A DNA stretch of 64,000 nucleotides from an uncultured Planctomycetota bacterium (GTDB lineage Bacteria; Planctomycetota; Planctomycetia; Isosphaerales; Isosphaeraceae), in the NCBI GenBank assembly GCA_963823665.1, contig CAWGMQ010000004.1, positions 1,120,001-1,184,000 of the forward strand, in the 5' to 3' direction. The notes beneath the pieces are model-generated. The model did not search any database. It was not told the origin of the DNA and saw only the letters and a list, made by a program, of their open reading frames with translations. A program made the translations under genes and the position numbers. Shown here piece by piece: positions 22,039 to 31,020 of this stretch (its first letter is position 1; every line of letters begins with the position of its first letter).

Positions 22039-22727
22039 GCACCGCCGTAATGCCTAGTCGCGAGCAGGTTGAATCTGTCGTGCGGAACATCCTGCGTAAG
22101 CAGGCGATGTCGCATCCGGGCGCGAACGGCCGGGCAGGCGGCACCGGCCTAGCGCCCAAGCTGGTAGTGAACATCTCGGCACGGCATTGCCATTTGACTC
22201 AAGCAGACGTTGATGTCTTATTCGGACCCGGATACCAGTTGACGGTGATGCGACGGCTTTACCAGGACACGGACTTCGCGGCGAACGAGACGGTGGCGGT
22301 GGTCGGCCCGAGGCAGAGGATGATCCCGGGTGTGCGGATCCTTGGCCCGTGCCGGAAATTCAGCCAGGTTGAGCTGGCGTTCACGGATGCGATCAGCCTG
22401 GGAATCGACGTGCCGGTGCGTCTCTCCGGCGACACTCTCGGCACGCCGGGCGCACTCTTGATCGGCCCGAAGGGAAGCCTGGTGCTCTCGCAGGGGGTGA
22501 TCCGAGCGGAACGGCACGTTCACATGGGCGCGGCCGACTCGGAGTTTTACGGGGTCAAGCACCTGGACCGCATGAACATGCATGTCGAGGGGCCGTGTCC
22601 GACCACGCTCCAGGGCCTGCTGGTGCGCACCAATCCCGACTGGAAGCTGGAGGTTCATATCGACACGGATGAAGCCAATTGCTGTGACTTGCCGCATGCA
22701 AGCCGGGTGACACTCTCCAAGGCCTGA
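22035..22727 (+). CDS. pduL: Phosphate propanoyltransferase (PduL-type phosphotransacylase)
   Basis: ISARHCHL, RILGP, SQVE, RAERHVHM, EVHIDTDEAN; N-terminal amphipathic peptide. Confidence 0.93.
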   Translation: MSTAVMPSREQVESVVRNILRKQAMSHPGANGRAGGTGLAPKLVVNISARHCHLTQADVDVLFGPGYQLTVMRRLYQDTDFAANETVAVVGPRQRMIPGVRILGPCRKFSQVELAFTDAISLGIDVPVRLSGDTLGTPGALLIGPKGSLVLSQGVIRAERHVHMGAADSEFYGVKHLDRMNMHVEGPCPTTLQGLLVRTNPDWKLEVHIDTDEANCCDLPHASRVTLSKA

Positions 22728-22813
22728 AACAACCCCGGGCGGGCCGATTTTGCCATAGCGCGTTTCGTTTTGATCGAACCTGAGCCGACCCGATTGAAGA
22801 AGGAGGGGCTTTC

Positions 22814-23152
22814 ATGGCCTCATCAGCACACGAAGCACTGGGAATGATTGAAACCAAGGGGTTTGTTGCCCTGGTTGAAGCCAGCGACGCGATGGTCAAA
22901 GCGGCCAACGTGGAGCTGGTTGGCTGGGAGAAGATCGGCAGCGGGCTGGTGACAGCCTTCGTGGCCGGCGACGTGGCGGCCGTGAAGGCGGCCGTCGATG
23001 CGGGAGCCGCGGCCGCAAGCCGCATCGGCGAGGTTGTGAGCGTGCAGGTGATTCCTCGGCCGCATGAAGACCTGGGCGGCGTGCTCAATTTCGCCAAGGC
23101 GGCCGGGGCCGCGGCGACTTCTTCCAAGAACCCCAAGAGCGACGGAGCCTGA
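22814..23152 (+). CDS. BMC shell hexamer protein (BMC-H) 1
   Basis: ALGMIETKG...DAMVKAANV...KIGSG...GDVAAV...VIPRPH. Confidence 0.95.
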   Translation: MASSAHEALGMIETKGFVALVEASDAMVKAANVELVGWEKIGSGLVTAFVAGDVAAVKAAVDAGAAAASRIGEVVSVQVIPRPHEDLGGVLNFAKAAGAAATSSKNPKSDGA

Positions 23153-23156
23153 CACC

Positions 23157-23486
23157 ATGGCCACAGTTCAGCGAGCGGCGAGCGGGCGGGTTAGCGGCAA
23201 CGGCAGCACCGGCAACGGCGATGCCCTGGGATTGATCGAGACCAAGGGGTTGGTCGGCGTCATCGAGGCGACCGACGCGATGCTCAAGGCGGCCAACGTG
23301 CAGCTCGCGGGGCGAGTGCAGGTGGGCGGTGCCTTTGTCACCACACTGGTCAAGGGCGATGTCGGCAGCGTGCGGGCGGCCGTCGAGGCCGGCGCAGAGG
23401 CCGCCGGGAGAGTGGGCGAGCTGGTGAGCGCGCACGTGATTCCTCGTCCGGATGAATCGGTCACGCGCCTGTTCCTGGGATCTTGA
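23157..23486 (+). CDS. BMC shell hexamer protein (BMC-H) 2
   Basis: ALGLIETKG...DAMLKAANV...QVGGA...GDVGSV...HVIPRP. Confidence 0.95.
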   Translation: MATVQRAASGRVSGNGSTGNGDALGLIETKGLVGVIEATDAMLKAANVQLAGRVQVGGAFVTTLVKGDVGSVRAAVEAGAEAAGRVGELVSAHVIPRPDESVTRLFLGS

Positions 23487-23571
23487 AAAAGGCCGCGGGC
23501 GACGTGCTCGCCGGGTGAGAAGGGGCACACACAACAGAGCCCAGGGCAACACCCTGGGGGAGTGCACATTC

Positions 23572-23859
23572 ATGAACGGGAATGCGTTGGGCCTGGTGGA
23601 AACGCTCGGCCTGGTCGGGTTAATCAGCGCGGTGGACGCGATGCTCAAGGCTGCGAGCGTCGAGGTGGCGAGCACCGTCATCAAGCTTGACGGCGGAGTG
23701 GTGAGCGTGATGGTTCGGGGGGACGTGAGCAGCGTGCGAGCGGCCGTCGAGGCCGGCGCCGACGCGGCCGGCCGGATCGGCGAGCTGCGTGCAGCGCACG
23801 TCATTCCGCGGCCAGATCCGGCGGTCGTCCGTACCTTTGGCGGAGGAGAGTCGCGTTGA
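23572..23859 (+). CDS. BMC shell hexamer protein (BMC-H) 3
   Basis: ALGLVETLG...DAMLKAASV...KLDGG...GDVSSV...HVIPRP. Confidence 0.93.
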   Translation: MNGNALGLVETLGLVGLISAVDAMLKAASVEVASTVIKLDGGVVSVMVRGDVSSVRAAVEAGADAAGRIGELRAAHVIPRPDPAVVRTFGGGESR

Positions 23860-25058
23860 AGGTTCTGGTCGCCAATCTGGGGAGCACGAGCTTCAAGTAC
23901 CGGCTGTTCGACCTGAGCGATCCGGCCGAGCCGGTGCTGGCGCGTGGGGGGATCGAGCGCATCGGGTCGGCGAGCGCGAAGGTCGCGGTGCGGTCGGCCA
24001 GAGGCGAGCGCGAGCTAGTCTGCAAGATCGCCGACCACGGCGAGGCCGTGCAGCTCTGCCTCGACCAGTTGACCGATCCGGAGATCGGCGTGCTGCATGA
24101 TGCGGGCGAGGTCGCGGCGATCGGCTTCAAGGCGGTGCACGCGCGAGGGCTCACCGGAGTGCATCTGGTCGACGACACCGTGCTGGCCGCGATGGAGGCT
24201 TTCGCGCAGGTGGCACCGGCGCATAATCCGCCGTACATCAAAGCGATGCGCATGCTCGGCGAGCGGTTCCCGCATCTGCCACTGGTGGCCGCGTTTGAAA
24301 CCGGTTTTCATCGGACGATCCCTGAAGCGAGCCAACGTTATGCGATTCCGGAGGAATGGGCGACCAAGCTGGGAATTCGCCGCTGGGGATTCCACGGCGC
24401 GAGCCATCGCTATATCGCCGGGCGCATGGCCGAGCTCGTCGGCCGAAACGACATCAAACTGATCTCGTGCCATCTTGGCGGGAGCTCGTCGCTGTGTGCC
24501 ATACGCAACGGCGAGTCGATCGCGAGCAGTCTGGGCATGAGCCCGCAGTCGGGACTGCCACACAACAACCGGGTGGGGGATTTTGACGTCTTCGCCCTAC
24601 CGGTGATCCTGCAAGAGACGGGCAAGACGCTCGAACAAGTGCTCGAGATCCTGGCGAACAAATCGGGGCTCGAAGGGCTCTCGTGCGCGGGCTGCGATCT
24701 CCGCGATATCGAGGCCGCCGCCGCGGCGGGAGATGCGAGGGCGAAGCTTGCGATCGACGTCTTCATCGCGTCGATCCGGCATTACCTGGGTGCATTCCTG
24801 CTCGAGCTCGGCGGCGCCGATGCGATTGTCTTCACCGGCGGGATCGGCGAGAACTCGTCGGCGATTCGCGCGGGTGTCTGCCGTGAGCTGGGATGGTTCG
24901 GGATCGAGCTGGATCCGGCCGCGAACGCCGGCGGAGCCGCCGAGCGACAGGTTTCGGCGCCTGGCTCGCGAGTGCAGTTGTGGTGCGTGCCGACCAACGA
25001 GGAGATCGTGGTCGCGCGGCAGGCGAAGCAGTTGCTCGAGCAGTCAAACAAGAGATGA
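23856..25058 (+). CDS. ackA: Acetate/propionate kinase (BMC-associated)
   Basis: NLGSTSFK, APAHNP, FETGFH, RWGFHGASH, CHLGGSSS, VFTGGIGENS, PTNEE. Confidence 0.92.
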   Translation: MKVLVANLGSTSFKYRLFDLSDPAEPVLARGGIERIGSASAKVAVRSARGERELVCKIADHGEAVQLCLDQLTDPEIGVLHDAGEVAAIGFKAVHARGLTGVHLVDDTVLAAMEAFAQVAPAHNPPYIKAMRMLGERFPHLPLVAAFETGFHRTIPEASQRYAIPEEWATKLGIRRWGFHGASHRYIAGRMAELVGRNDIKLISCHLGGSSSLCAIRNGESIASSLGMSPQSGLPHNNRVGDFDVFALPVILQETGKTLEQVLEILANKSGLEGLSCAGCDLRDIEAAAAAGDARAKLAIDVFIASIRHYLGAFLLELGGADAIVFTGGIGENSSAIRAGVCRELGWFGIELDPAANAGGAAERQVSAPGSRVQLWCVPTNEEIVVARQAKQLLEQSNKR

Positions 25059-25065
25059 GGTCGCG

Positions 25066-25389
25066 ATGTTCCTGGCCCGAGTAACCGGCAGTGTGGTGGC
25101 GACTCAGAAGGTCGCCTCGATGACCGGGCAAAAGCTGCTCACCGTCGAACCCTATCGGGTTGACGAGAAGGGGCGCGATCGCCTGGTACCGACCGGGCGG
25201 ACGTTTGTGGCCGTCGACACGCTGGGCGCCGGTCTCGACGAAATGGTCTTGATCTGCCAGGGGTCGAGTGCCCGCTTGACCCCGGAAACCGAGAAGCTGC
25301 CCATCGACGCGGTCGTGATCGGACTCGTCGACACCGTCGACGTGGGCGGCCAGGTCGTCTTTGCGTCTCACGGAGGAACACGTCCGTGA
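25066..25389 (+). CDS. EutN/CcmL family BMC pentamer protein (BMC-P) 1
   Basis: MFLARVTGSVVATQK...VAVDTLGAG...GSSAR...PIDAVVIGLVD. Confidence 0.95.
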   Translation: MFLARVTGSVVATQKVASMTGQKLLTVEPYRVDEKGRDRLVPTGRTFVAVDTLGAGLDEMVLICQGSSARLTPETEKLPIDAVVIGLVDTVDVGGQVVFASHGGTRP

Positions 25390-25513
25390 GTGATGCGACT
25401 TTGATCTCTTCTATTCTTTTCGCTTTTCGAGAACGAGCCCGGTTATCAAGAGTCGTGCGCCATCGAGGATTTCAAACCGACCGGCCAACCTTAAAAGCAA
25501 GAGTGGTGCCGCC

Positions 25514-26939
25514 ATGCAAATGACTGAAGATCTGATCCGCAACGTGGTCCAGGAGGTCCTCTCCCAGATGGGAAGCGGGGCTGCCTTCACCAATGGCAAG
25601 GCCCCATCCGGTGTTTCCGGGAACCTGGGCGTCTTTTCAAGCGTGGACGACGCTGTGCGAGCGGCCGAGGCCGCCTTTCAAGCGTTCCAGGGCCGGCCGG
25701 TGGCCGATCGCGCCAAGGCTGTCGAGTGCATCAGGAGCATCTGCGTCAACCAGGCTGAAGAGCTGGGACGGCTGGAGCTGGAGGAAACCAAGATCGGCCG
25801 GCTGGACCACAAGATTGCCAAGCTGCGCAACGCGATCGCGGTGGTGCCGGGGGTCGAATACCTTCGCACGGACAATGATTCGGGAGACGACGGACTGACG
25901 CTCACGGATTACGTGCCGTTCGGCGTGATCGGTGCGATCACGCCGGTGACGCACAGTCTGCCCACGCTGGCGGGCAACGCGATCAACATGCTTGCCTCAG
26001 GCAATACCGTTGTCTTCAACGCCCATCCTTCCGGCGCGGATCGCGGCCGAAGGGCTGCGCCGATTCAACAAGGCGATCCGCGACGCGATCGGGATTGAAA
26101 ACTTGCTCACGATCATTGACCCGCCCACGATCGAGTCGGCCGCCGCGCTCTTCGACCACAAGGCGGTGCGGCTGCTGGTTGTCACGGGCGGGCCGGCGGT
26201 GGCGCGGGCGGCACTGGCGAGCAAGAAGCGGGCGATCGTGGCGGGGCCGGGCAATCCGCCCGTGGTCGTGGACGCGACCGCTTGCCTGGAAAATACGGCG
26301 CGGTCGATCGTCACCGGCGGCGCATTCGACAACAACTTGCTGTGCATCGGTGAGAAGCAGGTCTTCGCCGTGGCCCAGGTGTTTGACTCTCTGATGGAAG
26401 TGATGACGCGGCACGGCGGCGTGCGGCTGTCGGCTTCGCAGGTTGACGCGCTGACACAGGCGGCCGTTCAGAAGGGATCGGACGGAGCGCTCCACATCAA
26501 CAAGGACTTGATCGGTAAGGATCCGGCGGTGCTGGCGCAGCACGCCGGGCTGAAGGTGCCTGCTGGCACGCAGCTTCTTTACGCCGAAACGGGTGCCGAG
26601 CATCCGTTCGTGCACCTCGAGCAGATGATGCCGTTCGTGCCGTTCGTGCGGGTTTCCAACGTCGAGCGTGCGATCGCGCTTGCCAAGGAGAGTGAGCATG
26701 GTTTCGGGCATACGGCGGTGCTGCACTCGCGCGACACGTCGGTGATGTCGCGGATGGGCAAGACGATGGACTGCACGATTTTTGTGATTAACGGGCCATC
26801 CACGGCCGGGCTGGGATTGGGTGGTGAAGGTGTGCTCTCGTTTTCGATTGCCGGCCCGACCGGCGAGGGTGTGACGACGCCGCTGACGTTTTGCCGCCAG
26901 CGCCGGACGAGTGTGATCGGCGGCATGCGATTCGTTTGA
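25514..26939 (+). CDS. CoA-acylating aldehyde dehydrogenase (EutE/PduP-like), frameshift near 26036
   Basis: N-terminal part 25514..26098 (PFGVIGAITPVTH); C-terminal part 25992..26939 (TGGPAV, AGPGNPP, FDNNLLCIGEK, EQMMP, GPTGEG). Confidence 0.92.
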
Positions 26940-26974
26940 TTGGAAGCAAGAAACTTGACGAAGGACCAATGTTC

Positions 26975-27254
26975 ATGCAGCTCGGTCTGGTGATCGGAAC
27001 CGCGACGGCCACGGTGAAACATCCGACGTTTCAGGGGGAGCGGCTGCTGGTGGTGCAGCTCGAGACGCCCTCGGGGCGGCCCGACGGTGAGCCGATCCTG
27101 GCGTTTGACCGGCTGGGGGCGGGCCGGGGAGTCGCGGGTGCTGGTTACCAACGACGGCCGCGCCTTGCAGGAGTTGCTCGGCGCCACGACGCCCGGGCGC
27201 TGGAGCGTGATAGGTCTGCCTGATGAGGGTTCACAGATGGGGGCCGGGCGATGA
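26975..27254 (+). CDS. EutN/CcmL family BMC pentamer protein 2 (frameshift near 27128)
   Basis: MQLGLVIGTATATVKH...DRLGAG, then after the shift SRVLVTNDG...RWSVIGLPD; the stop overlaps the next ATG. Confidence 0.85.
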
Positions 27255-27547
27255 GGATCGCGGAGGTAATCGGACGAGTGACTCTCTCACGGGCGAATGC
27301 CCGGCTCAAGGGCGGGCGGCTGCTGCTTGCGTTGCCGATGCCGCTGCAGGCTCTGGTGGAATCGGCGCCGGACCGGGGTGAGGAACTGGTCGTCTACGAC
27401 ATTCTGGGGGCCGGTGCCGGCAGTTTGATTGGCGTAAGCGAGGGGCGTGAGGCTGCAAACCCGTTTGGAAAAATCAAGACGCCGGTTGATGCTTACTGTG
27501 CGTGTTTGATCGATCAATTGGACCTGAATCGTCAGGCTAAAGCCTGA
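27251..27547 (+). CDS. EutN/CcmL family BMC pentamer protein 3
   Basis: MRIAEVIGRVTLS...VYDILGAG...SEGREAANPF...PVDAYCACLID. Confidence 0.92.
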   Translation: MRIAEVIGRVTLSRANARLKGGRLLLALPMPLQALVESAPDRGEELVVYDILGAGAGSLIGVSEGREAANPFGKIKTPVDAYCACLIDQLDLNRQAKA

Positions 27548-27553
27548 CCTACT
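27526..27553 (-). repeat. GTAG-family REP-like element, copy 2 (overlaps the stop of BMC-P 3)
   Basis: gaatcgtcaggctaaagcctgacctact. Confidence 0.8.
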
Positions 27554-27564
27554 GAGAGGAACAC

Positions 27565-28557
27565 ATGGGCGGTAATGGATCTGTGATGAACGAGTGGAAG
27601 CTTCGCGAGCAGATGTGCGAAATCGGGCGCCGGATCTACGCCAAAGGATTTGCGGCGGCCAATGACGGCAACATCAGCTACCGGCTGAGCGACGACCGCG
27701 TGCTTTGCTCGCCCACGCGCGTGTCAAAAGGATACCTCAAGCCGGACGATCTGTGCATCGTTGACCTGGATGGCAACCAGGTATCCGGCAAGCGCAAGCG
27801 CTCGAGCGAGATCTTGCTGCACCTGACCGTCATGAAAGCGCGTGCCGACGTTCGCTCGGTTGTGCACTGTCATCCGCCGCATGCGACGGCATTTGCGGTT
27901 GCCCGCGAGCCGGTTCCGAAGTGCATCCTGCCGGAGATCGAGGTCTTCCTGGGCGAAATCGCGATTTCTCCTTATGAGACGCCGGGCGGACAGTCGTTTG
28001 CCGACACGGTGCTGCCGTTCGTCAAGGACACGGACACGATCCTGCTGGCCAACCACGGGACGCTCACTTATGGCAGCGACCTGGAGGATGCGTATTTCAA
28101 GACCGAGATCATCGACGCGTACTGCCGGATCTTGATCCTGGCGAAACAGATCGGCAGGGTGAACTACTACACGGACGAGAAGGCGGCGGAGCTGATCAAG
28201 TTAAAGCCGAAGCTTGGGATTCCCGACCCTCGGCTCGAGCGTGGACTGGAGAATTGCGACCTCTGCGGCAACAGCCTTTTCCGTGAAGGGTATGGGGAGC
28301 CGAGTCCCGAGCCTCGGGTCTTCATTCACCCCAAGATTGCCGGCAGCGTTCCCGACGTCTCGCCGATCGAGTCGGTGTTGACACCGCTGGCTTCCGACAT
28401 GCTCCGAGCGGCGAGTGCGGGTGGTTCCACACCTCACAGCTCGCTTCCGGGCAAGCCTTCTGCTAACGGCCATATCGCAACCGCCGCCGATCAGGAGGCC
28501 CTCGTGCAGACTATTACCGACCAGGTGATGCGGGCTTTGAACGGAACGGCCCGGTAA
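27565..28557 (+). CDS. Class II aldolase/adducin family protein (fuculose/rhamnulose-1-phosphate aldolase-like, PV-BMC signature enzyme)
   Basis: DGNIS, SSEILLH, VVHCHP, LLANHG; C-terminal extension with an amphipathic peptide. Confidence 0.92.
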   Translation: MGGNGSVMNEWKLREQMCEIGRRIYAKGFAAANDGNISYRLSDDRVLCSPTRVSKGYLKPDDLCIVDLDGNQVSGKRKRSSEILLHLTVMKARADVRSVVHCHPPHATAFAVAREPVPKCILPEIEVFLGEIAISPYETPGGQSFADTVLPFVKDTDTILLANHGTLTYGSDLEDAYFKTEIIDAYCRILILAKQIGRVNYYTDEKAAELIKLKPKLGIPDPRLERGLENCDLCGNSLFREGYGEPSPEPRVFIHPKIAGSVPDVSPIESVLTPLASDMLRAASAGGSTPHSSLPGKPSANGHIATAADQEALVQTITDQVMRALNGTAR

Positions 28558-28571
28558 GAGGAGATCACGCT

Positions 28572-29669
28572 ATGCAGGTCAGCATCATCGGTGGTGGCGG
28601 ACTGGTTGGCTCGTCGGCGGCCTTCGCGCTTCAATGCGGCGGGATCGTCAGCCACATCAATCTGATCGACTTGAATGCCGACGCGGCCCGTGGGCAGGCG
28701 CTCGATCTTTTGCACGGCGCGTCGCTCGTCGCCGACCAACGCATCCGCGCACGTGGTTACGAAGCCATACCCGAGAGCGACGTGGTGATCATCACGGCCG
28801 GACTGCGCCGCAAGCCGGACGAGCCGCGGCTGGCGCTGATCAACCGCAACGTCGAGCTGTTCGTCGAGATCCTGAGCCAGTGTTCTTCGGCGGGGTTCAA
28901 GAAGGATGCGATCGTGCTTGTCGTCTCGAATCCAGTGGATGTGCTCACGTACCTGGCTGTGAAGCGGCTCGATCTGCCGGCGGGCCAGGTGATCGGGCTG
29001 GGAACGCAGCTCGATACTGCAAGATTCCGCAGTCTGATTGCCGAGGCGATCGACGTGCCGCCGACGCAGGTGTCGGGCCTGATTCTGGGCGAGCACGGCG
29101 ACAGCATGGTGCCGATCTGGTCGGCGGCCCAGGCCGGCGGGCTGCCGCTGGAACGGTTTCCGCAGTGGAATGCCGGCCTTGCTGAATCGATCATCAAGCG
29201 GACGCGCGGCAGCGGGGCGGAAGTGATTTCGCTCAAGGGGGGGGCGGGGTTTGCGGTCGGCATCTCGATTCGCGAGGTGGTGCACTCGATTGCTCTCTCG
29301 CAGAGCCGCATTCTGCCGGTGTCGTCGCTCGTGAATGGACCATACGGCCTGCGCGACGTGTGCATTTCGGTGCCGACGGTCGTGGGACGCAAGGGTGTGG
29401 TTGATCAGCTCGAGATCGAGCTCTGGCCCAAGGAGATCTCGGCGCTCCAGCATTCCGCCGGAGTCCTCCGCGAGACAATTGACGCGGTGGCGAAGAGCAA
29501 CCCGAAGGTCACGCGCAGTGTGGCGGGCCCAGCGCCGCGGCGGGACGCGCCTGTGGCGAGCGGTTCGAAAACGAGCTCGCCGCGAGTGACGATGGGGTCT
29601 GCCGGTGGGAACGGCTTTGCAGGTCATTCGCGCGTCACCGTCTCGGGCCAGGCGAAAGGGAAACGATAG
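28572..29669 (+). CDS. Lactate/malate dehydrogenase family protein with a C-terminal extension
   Basis: IIGGGGLVG, TAGLRRKP, NPVD, LDTARF, GEHGD. Confidence 0.92.
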   Translation: MQVSIIGGGGLVGSSAAFALQCGGIVSHINLIDLNADAARGQALDLLHGASLVADQRIRARGYEAIPESDVVIITAGLRRKPDEPRLALINRNVELFVEILSQCSSAGFKKDAIVLVVSNPVDVLTYLAVKRLDLPAGQVIGLGTQLDTARFRSLIAEAIDVPPTQVSGLILGEHGDSMVPIWSAAQAGGLPLERFPQWNAGLAESIIKRTRGSGAEVISLKGGAGFAVGISIREVVHSIALSQSRILPVSSLVNGPYGLRDVCISVPTVVGRKGVVDQLEIELWPKEISALQHSAGVLRETIDAVAKSNPKVTRSVAGPAPRRDAPVASGSKTSSPRVTMGSAGGNGFAGHSRVTVSGQAKGKR

Positions 29670-29673
29670 CGCC

Positions 29674-30987
29674 ATGAAGAAGTCGCTCGACGCCAAGCTG
29701 GCCGCGATCCACAAGGACCCGGGCTGCCGCGAGTTCATCATCGCCGACGCCAAGGACGCCGACATGGCGCTTGGGATCGGTGCGCCGGGGCAATCTCCCG
29801 AGACGCACTCCGGCGAGCTTCGCTTCCGGACGCTCGAGGAATACCGCGAGCAGATGAGGCTGATCACCCGCTCGAAGTTAGTCGACATCATGCTCATGTC
29901 AGCGAGCACAAACTATGCATTAACGTTTGGTGAGCGCGTCTTCGACGATTCGCCGGTTACGCCGGCTGTTCGCGCCAATGATACGACCGACATCCATCTG
30001 GCCCGTGGGGCCACGTATCACGAGGAGCCCTCGCGGCCGTTCCGCACGGCCAGCATCGATCACATTCAGTGCGGGCACATGGATTGTGCACCGGAAGAAC
30101 GCGGGCGCGGTGCGAATCTGGGGCTTTATAGCGTCACATTCAATAACAACCTGGAGCGCGACCTGGAGACGCTTCAGCGGTTTCGCGACTTTCGCGAGGA
30201 GGCCGAACGGAAGGGCTTTCGGTATTTCCTGGAAGTGTTCGATTCGAACATGCCGGGAGCGGTGAAAGCCGAGGTGTTGCCGGGGTATACGAACGACATG
30301 ATCGCGCGCATGCTCGCGGGCGTTGCACCGGCGGGAAGACCGTTGTTTCTGAAGATGGTCTATCATGGACCGAAGGCGATGGAAGAGCTTGTTCGGTACG
30401 ACCCGCAACTGGTTGTTGGCATTCTGGGCGGATCGGCGGGCACGACCCGCGACGCTTTCCAGCTCCTGTACGACGCGCAGAAATACGGGGCGAAGGTCGC
30501 GCTATTCGGGCGCAAGATCAATAACGCAGAGAACCAGTTGGCGTTCGTGCATTTCCTGCGGCTGATCGTCGACGGCGGGCTTGGCCCGGAAGAGGCGGTG
30601 CGTGCCTACCATGCTGTGCTCGGCAAGCTCGGGCTGCGGCCGAATCGAGCGATTGATGACGACTTGCAACTGACCGACCAGGCGATGAGCTATGCGGGTG
30701 GGTCGCGCGTTGTGGTTCCGAAGAAAGCGGCTGGGGCGCCCGGTTCCGAGTGTGCGTGCAAGTCTCATGAGGTATCTCAGAAATCGGCTGCGGCGAACAA
30801 CGGGGCCGCGGGCGGATGCGAGTGCGAAGGCCCGAAGGTGACGGAGTCGAAGCCCGCGGCCGGCAGGGGGTACACAACGACGCAGGCGCGGGCATCCTTT
30901 TCTTCGAACGGCCACCCCGACTTCACGCGAATGAGCCCGGCTGAGCGACTGGCCTATCACCGGGAGCGGCTGGGCCTGGGGCGGTGA
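29674..30987 (+). CDS. Uncharacterised protein, probable class I aldolase-like TIM barrel
   Basis: 437 aa, starting 4 bp after the LDH stop. FLKMVY / GILGG / KYGA..LFGRKI are ordered like DhnA/LsrF-family motifs. Confidence 0.55.
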   Translation: MKKSLDAKLAAIHKDPGCREFIIADAKDADMALGIGAPGQSPETHSGELRFRTLEEYREQMRLITRSKLVDIMLMSASTNYALTFGERVFDDSPVTPAVRANDTTDIHLARGATYHEEPSRPFRTASIDHIQCGHMDCAPEERGRGANLGLYSVTFNNNLERDLETLQRFRDFREEAERKGFRYFLEVFDSNMPGAVKAEVLPGYTNDMIARMLAGVAPAGRPLFLKMVYHGPKAMEELVRYDPQLVVGILGGSAGTTRDAFQLLYDAQKYGAKVALFGRKINNAENQLAFVHFLRLIVDGGLGPEEAVRAYHAVLGKLGLRPNRAIDDDLQLTDQAMSYAGGSRVVVPKKAAGAPGSECACKSHEVSQKSAAANNGAAGGCECEGPKVTESKPAAGRGYTTTQARASFSSNGHPDFTRMSPAERLAYHRERLGLGR

Positions 30988-31020
30988 TTTTCGACAACTC
31001 TTCGTTTATGCTGGTCTTCG

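Noticed and set aside
25990..27140. Programmed ribosomal frameshifting in the aldehyde dehydrogenase and BMC-P 2
   Set aside because: No slippery heptamers, and the same indel pattern affects unrelated genes across the window.
21960..30920. Recurrent Asn-Gly (NG/NGH) motifs in linkers of the BMC proteins as a shared signal
   Set aside because: The motif is too short and common in G/S-rich linkers to support without statistics.
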